Source: Dehalococcoidia bacterium (lineage in GTDB: Bacteria > Chloroflexota > Dehalococcoidia > Bin125). From it: a stretch of 64,000 nucleotides of DNA. Location of the stretch: positions 2,688,001-2,752,000 of the forward strand of contig OY820591.1 in NCBI GenBank assembly GCA_963555985.3, given 5' to 3'. Position 1 is the first letter of the stretch; each line of letters starts with the position of its first letter. The notes under the pieces were generated by a model. That model had not been told where the DNA came from, searched no databases, and saw nothing but the letters and a program-made list of their open reading frames with translations. Made by a program: the position numbers and the translations under genes. Shown here piece after piece: positions 1 through 7,863 of the stretch.

Positions 1-91
1 GCAGACCCACGGCGACTCCAAGGCCGCTGTGACCGGCGCGGCGCAGATTGGCGATCGTATCGCCGAAGGAGGGAGCAAGCCGCCGCCTCAA
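1..91 (-). CDS. Possible 5' end of a gene running off the window (MRRRLAPSFGDTIANLRRAG...)
   Basis: TTG at 91 preceded by GGAGG just downstream of the Rieske stop; frame open to the edge. Confidence 0.3.
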   Translation of the reverse strand, partial: MRRRLAPSFGDTIANLRRAGHSGLGVAVGL

Positions 92-107
92 GCTCAGCCT
101 CCGATCC

Positions 108-1163
108 TCAATCAGTCCCGCCCTGGCAGCCGTCCGGATCAGGATAGAACTGCGCGCAATAGGCCCGAAAGGCCATGATCTCGCCGTCCGAACGGCACAG
201 ACGCGGACGCGACAGGTAGCGTTTGCGCCCCCAGATCACCTGATCCTGCCGCACTCCGTGCAGTTGCTCCGCGATCAGGAACTTGTTCACGAGCGGCGCG
301 CGCAACGGCCGCGGCAGAAAACCCAGCCCCGCGAACCGGCGTTTGGGCCGCCGGATCTCGCGCACTTGCGTGACCAGCGTCAGCTCGATCAGCGTCCCGT
401 CGACCGGCGTGGCCAGCGTCCACAGCCGCGTCTCCATATCGACCGAGCGCTCGTGAACCTCCACAAAGGAATAGCCCAGCCCCACCGCCGTCACCTTGAC
501 GAACATGTCGTAGCCGCGAACCGGCACGCCGGCGTAGTGCACATCAGGCTTGAAGCTGAAGGCCGTGCGCAGCACCGGACCATCGACCGACACATCACCC
601 ACCTGCTCCACATTGTCGAAGCCGTGTACGTAGGTCAGGTGCGCCAGGTCGACGGCGTTCTCAGTCGTCTCCTGGGGATGGCCCCGAAAGCGCGTCTTCC
701 GAATCTCCACACCGCTCCAGTCGTCTTGATCCGGCTCCTCCGCTGGCAGCCGCCATTGCGGCTCGCGACCGCCCAACCCCCACCAGGCGAAAATCTGCCC
801 CGCGATCTCCTGCGTCTCATAGACGCCCAACCGCGCCGAGCGCGGCGGCGCCGCGAACGGCGTCGCCACGCACTGCCCCCCGCTCTCGAACTCGAAGCCG
901 TGGAACGGGCACACCAGCCGGCCCCCGCGCACGCGCCCGCCCGCCTCCGGACTCAGATTGGAGCCGAGATGCGGGCAATGCGCAGCGGCGACGCAAATCT
1001 TCCCCTGCTCGTCGCACCAGACGACGATCTCCTCGCCCATCCAGGTCTTGCCCAACAGCTTCGCCCGCTCCACTTCCCGACGGCTCGCGACGAAATACCA
1101 GCCCTCGGGAAACGGATACGGCGATTGGCGGTCTGCGGGCGCTCCCGGTCGAGTCTGCTGCAT
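108..1163 (-). CDS. Rieske [2Fe-2S] non-heme iron oxygenase (KshA/Neverland-like)
   Basis: PFPEGWY, CPHLG...CPFHGF Rieske motif, ENAVDLAHLTYVH iron motif, C-terminal QDQVIW; ATG 1163 with GGAG RBS. Confidence 0.85.
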   Translation of the reverse strand: MQQTRPGAPADRQSPYPFPEGWYFVASRREVERAKLLGKTWMGEEIVVWCDEQGKICVAAAHCPHLGSNLSPEAGGRVRGGRLVCPFHGFEFESGGQCVATPFAAPPRSARLGVYETQEIAGQIFAWWGLGGREPQWRLPAEEPDQDDWSGVEIRKTRFRGHPQETTENAVDLAHLTYVHGFDNVEQVGDVSVDGPVLRTAFSFKPDVHYAGVPVRGYDMFVKVTAVGLGYSFVEVHERSVDMETRLWTLATPVDGTLIELTLVTQVREIRRPKRRFAGLGFLPRPLRAPLVNKFLIAEQLHGVRQDQVIWGRKRYLSRPRLCRSDGEIMAFRAYCAQFYPDPDGCQGGTD

Positions 1164-1345
1164 GCGGCGCTCCGTATCCAGCATAGTCAGAGGCGGCAAT
1201 TCAGGTTGCTGGTCTGCCGACCTGTAATTATGTGACCAACCGGTTCCGCGCAATCCCCGCACGTTCGTGAAGTCACTCGAACTTTACTCTGCAATCTCTC
1301 GAATCATCTGATGTTCGTACAAACCCTCGTGCATTTCTCGGGAGA

Positions 1346-1354
1346 TGCTAGACT
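1346..1354 (+). promoter_or_regulatory. Putative extended -10 promoter for the P450 fusion gene
   Basis: TGcTAGACT in a lower-GC divergent intergenic region, ~45 nt upstream of ATG 1400. Confidence 0.4.
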
Positions 1355-1399
1355 TGCCTCAATGGGGCGAACTGGAGCAGCCTGCGAGGGACAACGCTG

Positions 1400-3448
1400 A
1401 TGGTGCTTGCGACAGACGCTTCGACAGGCCGCGCGGCCGGCGCGGCAACGCCGTCGTTCACCCTGCCTGACGAACTGGTCCTGATGCTGCTCAACGAAGA
1501 GAGCGGCTACTTCTACCAGGTACCGGGCTGGAGCATGAACTGCGCCCTGGTCGGCGCAGCGATCGCCGAACTCTCCTTCATCGGCCGCATCGACAGCGAT
1601 ATCGAGTCGCTGATCTTGCTGGACGCCACCGAGACCGGCGATCCCAACCTGGACCCGATCCTGCGTGAGATCGCGGCGGAATCGCAGCAACACAATATCC
1701 GCTACTGGATCGAACGACTCGCGCCGCAGGCCGAAACGATCGTCCAGCAGACGCTGGATCGCCTCATTGAGCACGGCGTCCTCGAACACCATCCCGGCGA
1801 GTTCTGGACGATCTCCCAGTTCGCCTTGCAGTCCCTCGTCGAGCACGACGGCGAGCGCGTCGAGTTCGTCAAAACCCGCGTCCGCCGAATCATCTTCGCC
1901 GATCAACTGCCCGACCCGCGCGACGTGATCATCATCGCCCTCGCCAATGCCTGTGGTGTACTCCGATACATCTACGAACTCAACGAGCCCTTTCCCGAGC
2001 GCATCCAGTGGATCAGCCGCATGGACCTGATCGGCCAGGCGATTGGCGAGGCGGTCGCCGATAGCATCGCCGCGCCGGTGCTGCGTCACGCCCCCTTGAC
2101 CAAGCCGATCCCCAACGTCCCGCTGCGCGAACTGGCCTTCAATCGTCATCTCCGCGCCGGCCGGCTGCCGGCGTTTTTCGCCTCGCTCGCCGAGAAGCAT
2201 GGCCCGGTCTTCCAGATCCGCCCTCCCTTCCGCGACCCCATGATCGTGCTCGCCGGTCTGGAAACGAACCAGTGGGCTCATCGCCAGGGGCGGCTGCACC
2301 TGCGCTCGCAGGATTACTTCCAGGAGGTCAACCGAGTCTACGGCTCGGCCCGCTCGATCCATTCGATGGACGGCGCCGACCACTTCCGCTATCGCAAGAC
2401 GATGCAGCCGGCCTATTCGCGGGAGATGCTGGTCGAGCGGCTCAACGAGACCTATGACAATGCGCGCGCGCATCTGGCCACCTGGCAGGTCGGCGACGCG
2501 CTCCCGGCCCAGCAGATGCTGCGGCCGCTGATGAACGCCCAAGTCTCGCCGCTCTTGACCAGCACCCACACCCAAGACTTGATCGACAATGTCCTGAAAC
2601 ACAAGATGCGGGTGCTCAACGTCGGCCTGGTCAAGCTCCTGCCCAAGTTCATGCTGCGTACCCCGATGGCGCGGCGGCGGGCAAAGGTCACCGACCAGCT
2701 GACCGAGCGCATCATGGAAGCGCACACCCCCGGCCAACGCGCGGGACAACCCCGAGACGTGGTCGACGACTACCTGAGCCTGCACGCCTCCGATCCCCAA
2801 TTCCTGCCCGAGACCGACCTCGGCGTGCCGATGGGCACGATGTTGATGGCCAGTATGTACATGGGCGATCAACTCGGCTTTGCCCTCTATGCCCTGGTCA
2901 GGGATCCCGAGCTCTACGCGCGCGTCGAAGCCGAAGCCGACGCCCTCTTCGCCAACGGCGACCCGACCGAGACCGACCTCACCCTCGAGAACATCGACGT
3001 GACCCACCGAGTGTTGATGGAGAGCCTGCGGCTCACCCCGATCGTGCCGATGGCGATGCGCACCGTGATGAACACCTGCGTGGTCGAGGGCTGCGAACTG
3101 CCGGTCGGCGCCTCGGTCTACATCGCCAATACGGCCGCGCACTACATGGGGAGCGTCTTCCCGAACCCCTGGAAGTTCGATATCGACCGCTATCTGCCGC
3201 CGCGCAACGAGCATGCCGGCGAAGGCTATTCACCCTACGGACTGGGCACGCACGCCTGCCTCGGCTTCCGCTGGTCCGAACTGCACCTGGCGCTCAACCT
3301 GCTGATGCTGACGCACTACTTCAAGCTGGAGTTCGCCCGTCCCTACAAGCAGCTGCCGATGGACCCCTTCCCCTCCCAGTCGCCCAGCAACAAACTCAAA
3401 TTCCGCATCGCCCAGCAACGCCACCCCCTGCCCGCAGCCCCCGCTTGA
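1400..3448 (+). CDS. GPP34/GOLPH3-like N-terminal domain fused to cytochrome P450
   Basis: N-term TLPDELVLMLLNEESG...LVGAAIAELSFIGRI; C-term ExxR (ESLR), FDIDRY, heme motif YGLGTHACLG. Confidence 0.85.
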   Translation: MVLATDASTGRAAGAATPSFTLPDELVLMLLNEESGYFYQVPGWSMNCALVGAAIAELSFIGRIDSDIESLILLDATETGDPNLDPILREIAAESQQHNIRYWIERLAPQAETIVQQTLDRLIEHGVLEHHPGEFWTISQFALQSLVEHDGERVEFVKTRVRRIIFADQLPDPRDVIIIALANACGVLRYIYELNEPFPERIQWISRMDLIGQAIGEAVADSIAAPVLRHAPLTKPIPNVPLRELAFNRHLRAGRLPAFFASLAEKHGPVFQIRPPFRDPMIVLAGLETNQWAHRQGRLHLRSQDYFQEVNRVYGSARSIHSMDGADHFRYRKTMQPAYSREMLVERLNETYDNARAHLATWQVGDALPAQQMLRPLMNAQVSPLLTSTHTQDLIDNVLKHKMRVLNVGLVKLLPKFMLRTPMARRRAKVTDQLTERIMEAHTPGQRAGQPRDVVDDYLSLHASDPQFLPETDLGVPMGTMLMASMYMGDQLGFALYALVRDPELYARVEAEADALFANGDPTETDLTLENIDVTHRVLMESLRLTPIVPMAMRTVMNTCVVEGCELPVGASVYIANTAAHYMGSVFPNPWKFDIDRYLPPRNEHAGEGYSPYGLGTHACLGFRWSELHLALNLLMLTHYFKLEFARPYKQLPMDPFPSQSPSNKLKFRIAQQRHPLPAAPA

Positions 3449-3650
3449 TCCCCCCCTTGAGAGCCTGTCCCCGCGCAGGCGGGGAGGGAGATGCCCCAAC
3501 GGGGCAGAGGGGGTGAAAACCCCACACCCAGCACAGACGCTGCAACCCAGATCCCCGCTCCTCCAACCTACAATCGATCTCCCCCTTGAGGGGGAGATGC
3601 CCCAGAGGGGCAGAGGGGGTGAGAACCCCACACCCGGCATAGACGCTCCA
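3447..3650. repeat. Two tandem copies of double-hairpin REP-like element (family A)
   Basis: CCCCCTTGAGGGGGAGATGCCCC..GGGGCAGAGGGGGTG..AACCCCACACCC at ~3447 and ~3576; first copy carries a 22-nt insert. Confidence 0.85.
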
Positions 3651-3673
3651 ATTCAACTCCTCAACACCCAGCC

Positions 3674-6118
3674 CTACGGCGCGTCCCCCGCCGCCTCGTC
3701 GGACTCGCCCCACAGCCGCTCCAACCTCGAACGCAGGCGCATGTTCTGATACGCACCCCAGATCGTCATCGCCGGCGGAACCAGCACGGTCGAGACGATC
3801 AGCGCATAAGCGATCGTGATCGCCGCCGTGATCCCGAACTCCTGAATTGAAATCAGCGGAGAGAAAATCAGCACGCCCAGCCCAAGCGCCGTCGTCAGAG
3901 CCGAACCCAGCAACGCCGAACCGGTCGTCCCCAGCGTGCGGATCGCCGCCTGCTCCGGGTTGCGCAGGCGCGTGTACTCCTCCCGATAACGATGAATCAC
4001 GTGGATCGTGTAGTCCACGCCGATCCCGATCGAGAGCGCGGTGATCATGGACGTGACCAGCGTGTAGGGAATGCCGAACAGCGCCATCGTGCCCAGCACC
4101 CAGAGCAACGCCAGCACAATCGGCGCGACCGCGATCACCGCCAGCGCCGGTTGCCGCAAGGTGACCCAGAAGAACACGATCAGAATGACTAGCGCGACCA
4201 CAATCGTCGTCGCGATCGCCTCCGTCTGCCGGCTTGTGATCTCGTCCGTCACCGCGACCGAGACGATACTCTCGGACGCCGCCGTGATCGCGTCGTCGTC
4301 GCCACCCCAGAGCGCTTCCAGTTCGCCCTGGATCTGCTTGGTGCGATCGGGATCGAGCACATAGGCCGGAAATTGCACCAGGATCGTATCGATCCCGGCC
4401 GGATCGTTGACCAGATGATCCGCGAGCGAAGGATCAACTCGCTCCAGCCCGTCGAGCAAGTCCTGCGTCCGCTCAGGATCAACCCCCAATTGGGCCGCGT
4501 CGTTGTCGAACAGCGCCGCCAGACCCGCGTCGTAACGGTCGCCGGGTTCGCCGCTGTCATCGATCCAGTCGTAAGCCAACTGCTCGTAGGAGCCCTCGAG
4601 CGGCCCGACGGCCGCAGCCGGGCGGCGCTGCTCGTCCTCGAACGCGAGCCGCAGCTCTCGCAGATTCAGCAACGTGCGCGTCTCCGTCGCTTCGGCCTCG
4701 ATCAGGACGTTGATCAACTGCGTAGAGCCGCCCACCGCCGCCTCCACCGTGTCCAGATCCTCCAACACCTCGCCCCCGCGCGGCAAAATATCGCGGATGC
4801 TGAACCGCGCTTCGATCCCCGTCGCCGCAATCCCGAGCCCGATCGACACGGCCGCAACGGCGATGATGTAGGGCGCAGGCCGGCGCGTCACCGAGCGGCC
4901 CAGCGCTTCCGCCGCCCGCTCCACCCCCGGCAGCGCGTTTGCAACCAGCCGCGGCTGCGTCAGACCGTCTCGAGCCTCGCGCCGGCGATCCAGAATCACC
5001 CGCGCCGCCGGAATCAGCGTCAGCATCACGATCAAACTCAGACCCACCCCCAGACCGGCCACGATCCCGAAGTCGTTGACCGCCGGAATCGGCGAGATCA
5101 AAGCCACCAGGAAACTCACGATCGTCGTCACCGCCGCCAGCGTCAGCGGGACCAGCACGTGGCGCAGACCGGCCCGCACCGCCTCCAGCGCCGGACGATC
5201 GGCAATACGTTGCTCGCGATAGTGCGAGACCGCCTGAATCGCGTAGTCCACCGTCAGACTGATCACGATGATCGGAATCATCACCGTGAGACCATTGGGC
5301 GGCCCGATCAGGTTCAGCGCATCCGGACCCAACCAACCCTCGATCCCAATCACCCAGATCAGCGACATCAGCAGCCCGCCCAGCGTCAGCAACAAATCCG
5401 AAATCGAGCGCAGGAAAATCAGCACCAAGACCGCGATCACGATCAGCGACGCCGCGATCAGCGTCCCGACTCCGTCCCGGCCGGCGCGATACTCGTCCTC
5501 GATCAGCGTCGGCGACACGCTGCTCACGCTCAGCGCCCCCGCGTCCTCGGAGGCCAACTCGTGGATGCGGCGCTCAGCCCGCTGGAGCCGCTCGTCGCCC
5601 GGATCACGCAGCCGAATCGTCGCAATCGCAATCGGCGTGCCGTCCGTGTCGGTACCCGTCATCGCCGCCAGCCCCGGCGCAATCTGCGGCGCAGCCGAAA
5701 CCTCGTCAATCTGCCCCTGCGAGACCGACTCGAAACCCTCCACTTGCAGCGCCGCCCCCAGCAGCCACGCCGGCGAGACCACCGGATCCGCCTCCACCAG
5801 CAGCCCGCGCACCTCCTCGTCGCCAACGATCCGATCGCTCAACGCCTGCATCTGCGCGAGCCCGGCCGGCGTCAGCGACTCCCCCCGAAACACCAGCGTC
5901 GTCGTGCTCACCTGACCAGACGCCGCGAACTGTTCCTCGATCCGCTCCATCGCCGCCACGATCGGGCTGTCGGGCGGGAAAAAACCGTCCGTCTCGTCCA
6001 ACGCCGCCCGCTGCGGCACCCCCGCCGCCAGCACCACCGTGACGACGACCAACACGCCAATCGTCAAATACGGACGAGCCGTAATCACGCGGCTCAGGTT
6101 GTCGAGTATCGGAGGCAT
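3674..6118 (-). CDS. MMPL/RND family transporter
   Basis: Two halves with 1+5 TM pattern; SLTVDYAIQ and GIGVDYTIH motifs. Confidence 0.9.
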   Translation of the reverse strand: MPPILDNLSRVITARPYLTIGVLVVVTVVLAAGVPQRAALDETDGFFPPDSPIVAAMERIEEQFAASGQVSTTTLVFRGESLTPAGLAQMQALSDRIVGDEEVRGLLVEADPVVSPAWLLGAALQVEGFESVSQGQIDEVSAAPQIAPGLAAMTGTDTDGTPIAIATIRLRDPGDERLQRAERRIHELASEDAGALSVSSVSPTLIEDEYRAGRDGVGTLIAASLIVIAVLVLIFLRSISDLLLTLGGLLMSLIWVIGIEGWLGPDALNLIGPPNGLTVMIPIIVISLTVDYAIQAVSHYREQRIADRPALEAVRAGLRHVLVPLTLAAVTTIVSFLVALISPIPAVNDFGIVAGLGVGLSLIVMLTLIPAARVILDRRREARDGLTQPRLVANALPGVERAAEALGRSVTRRPAPYIIAVAAVSIGLGIAATGIEARFSIRDILPRGGEVLEDLDTVEAAVGGSTQLINVLIEAEATETRTLLNLRELRLAFEDEQRRPAAAVGPLEGSYEQLAYDWIDDSGEPGDRYDAGLAALFDNDAAQLGVDPERTQDLLDGLERVDPSLADHLVNDPAGIDTILVQFPAYVLDPDRTKQIQGELEALWGGDDDAITAASESIVSVAVTDEITSRQTEAIATTIVVALVILIVFFWVTLRQPALAVIAVAPIVLALLWVLGTMALFGIPYTLVTSMITALSIGIGVDYTIHVIHRYREEYTRLRNPEQAAIRTLGTTGSALLGSALTTALGLGVLIFSPLISIQEFGITAAITIAYALIVSTVLVPPAMTIWGAYQNMRLRSRLERLWGESDEAAGDAP

Positions 6119-6192
6119 GGTTCAGCAGGATAATCGAGCTCCGCAAACACCCGCCGTTGACCCCATCTCCGCGCCGTGTCTAGAGTGTCGCC

Positions 6193-7860
6193 ATGCCGAC
6201 ACTCGAATTCAAGGGCAAACAGCACATTTACGCGCATCACCTGACCGTGCCCTACAGCCCGCTCGTGGTCGACCCGCAGAAGAGCCACCCTCCCGCCGCG
6301 AGCGCCGACGACGCCGAGCTCGTGCCCGACGACAACCTGATCATCCACGGCGACAACCTCCGCGCGCTCAAAGCCCTACTCCCCCGCTACGCCGGCAAGG
6401 TCAACTGCATCTACATCGACCCGCCCTACAACACCGGCAACGAAGGCTGGATCTACAACGACAACGTCAACAGCCCGATGATGAAGCAGTGGTTGGAGGA
6501 TAACAGCCCGGTCGACAACGAAGACCTGGAACGTCACGACAAATGGCTTTCCATGATGTGGCCTCGAATGCAGCTGTTCCACGAGCTACTGACACAGGAT
6601 GGTGTGATCTTCGTTTCGATCGATGACAACGAGCAAGCACACCTTAGGGCGTTGATGGACGAGATATTCGGCGAAGAGAACTTCCTCGCCACGCTGATCT
6701 GGCAGCATCGGACGGGGCGAAGCAACAACGCGCGACGATTCTCAAATCAAAGGGAGATGATCCACGTATACAGGCGTTCCCCAGAGGTGGACTACATTCG
6801 AGTCGCTCGATCAGCAGCGCTAGATGACACGTACTCGAATCCGGACGACGATCCGAACGGTCCTTGGACCTCGGCATCGTACGTGAATCCGGCGACTAAA
6901 GAGAAGCGACCTAACCTCGTCTACGATATCGCCAACCCACATACCGGCAGCCGAGTGTCGCACCCGACCCATGCTTGGAAATACAGTTACGAAACGCACT
7001 TAGAACACGTGCGTGACGAAAGGCTGTACTGGGGAGCCGATGGGAACATGAGATATCCGCGGTTGAAAAACTACTTACGGAATGCAACCGGCATTGTGCC
7101 TATCGATCTGACCCTTTCTGCGGAATCGGGCACGACTGATGCTGGAACACGACTACTTAATTCGATTTTCGATAGCACTGATGTGTTTCCTAATCCCAAG
7201 CCGGTCGACTTGATCGCCCACTGCATTAGGGTCTCAGACGGCGTAGAACGAAGTCTGCAAGAGGGAAGTACGATCATCCTCGACTCGTTCGCCGGCAGCG
7301 GCACCACCGCCCACGCCACGCTCGCCCTGAACAACGAGGACGGCGGCAACCGACGCTTCATCCTCGTCGAATGCGAGGACTACGCCGACTCGATCACCGC
7401 CGAGCGCGTCCGCCGCGTGATCGGCGGCGTGCCCGAGGCCAAGGACAAGGCTCTGAAGGCTGGGCTCGGCGGCTCGTTCACCTACTGCACCCTGGGTGAT
7501 CCGTTCGACGCGGAAAGCCTGCTCAACGGCGAGGGCCTGCCCGACTATGAGACCCTGGCCGTCTTCCTGCTGCACACGGCGGCCGGCCTCTCGCTCGAAC
7601 CCGACGCACTGCGCACCGCCCGCAACGACCAGCGCTTCTACCGGACCGAGACGACCGACTATTACCTCTACTACGAACCCGACATCGAGTGGCTCAAGGG
7701 CGACGAGGCGATGCTGACGCCCGAACGGGCGAAGCAGATCCAGGCGGTTGGCAAACCGGCGACCGTGTTCGGCGCGGGCAAGTACCTGAGCCAGCGTGAG
7801 TTGACCGAGATGGGCATCACCTTCTGCCAGCTCCCCTACGAACTGTTCAAGGGCGGCTAG
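6193..7860 (+). CDS. mod: Type III restriction-modification methyltransferase (Mod)
   Basis: IHGDNL, IYIDPPYNTG, FVSIDDNE, NPKP, ILDSFAGSGTT; followed by Res. Confidence 0.92.
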   Translation: MPTLEFKGKQHIYAHHLTVPYSPLVVDPQKSHPPAASADDAELVPDDNLIIHGDNLRALKALLPRYAGKVNCIYIDPPYNTGNEGWIYNDNVNSPMMKQWLEDNSPVDNEDLERHDKWLSMMWPRMQLFHELLTQDGVIFVSIDDNEQAHLRALMDEIFGEENFLATLIWQHRTGRSNNARRFSNQREMIHVYRRSPEVDYIRVARSAALDDTYSNPDDDPNGPWTSASYVNPATKEKRPNLVYDIANPHTGSRVSHPTHAWKYSYETHLEHVRDERLYWGADGNMRYPRLKNYLRNATGIVPIDLTLSAESGTTDAGTRLLNSIFDSTDVFPNPKPVDLIAHCIRVSDGVERSLQEGSTIILDSFAGSGTTAHATLALNNEDGGNRRFILVECEDYADSITAERVRRVIGGVPEAKDKALKAGLGGSFTYCTLGDPFDAESLLNGEGLPDYETLAVFLLHTAAGLSLEPDALRTARNDQRFYRTETTDYYLYYEPDIEWLKGDEAMLTPERAKQIQAVGKPATVFGAGKYLSQRELTEMGITFCQLPYELFKGG

Positions 7861-7863
7861 ACC

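Noticed and set aside
1304-3214. Long antisense ORFs (also 4373-6133, 8722-10461, 27892-30738, 33609-35918)
   Set aside because: Shadow frames of well-supported genes in high-GC DNA; no motifs
3447-3650. Family A hairpins as tRNA or riboswitch
   Set aside because: No cloverleaf or T-loop; dispersed multi-copy in variable contexts
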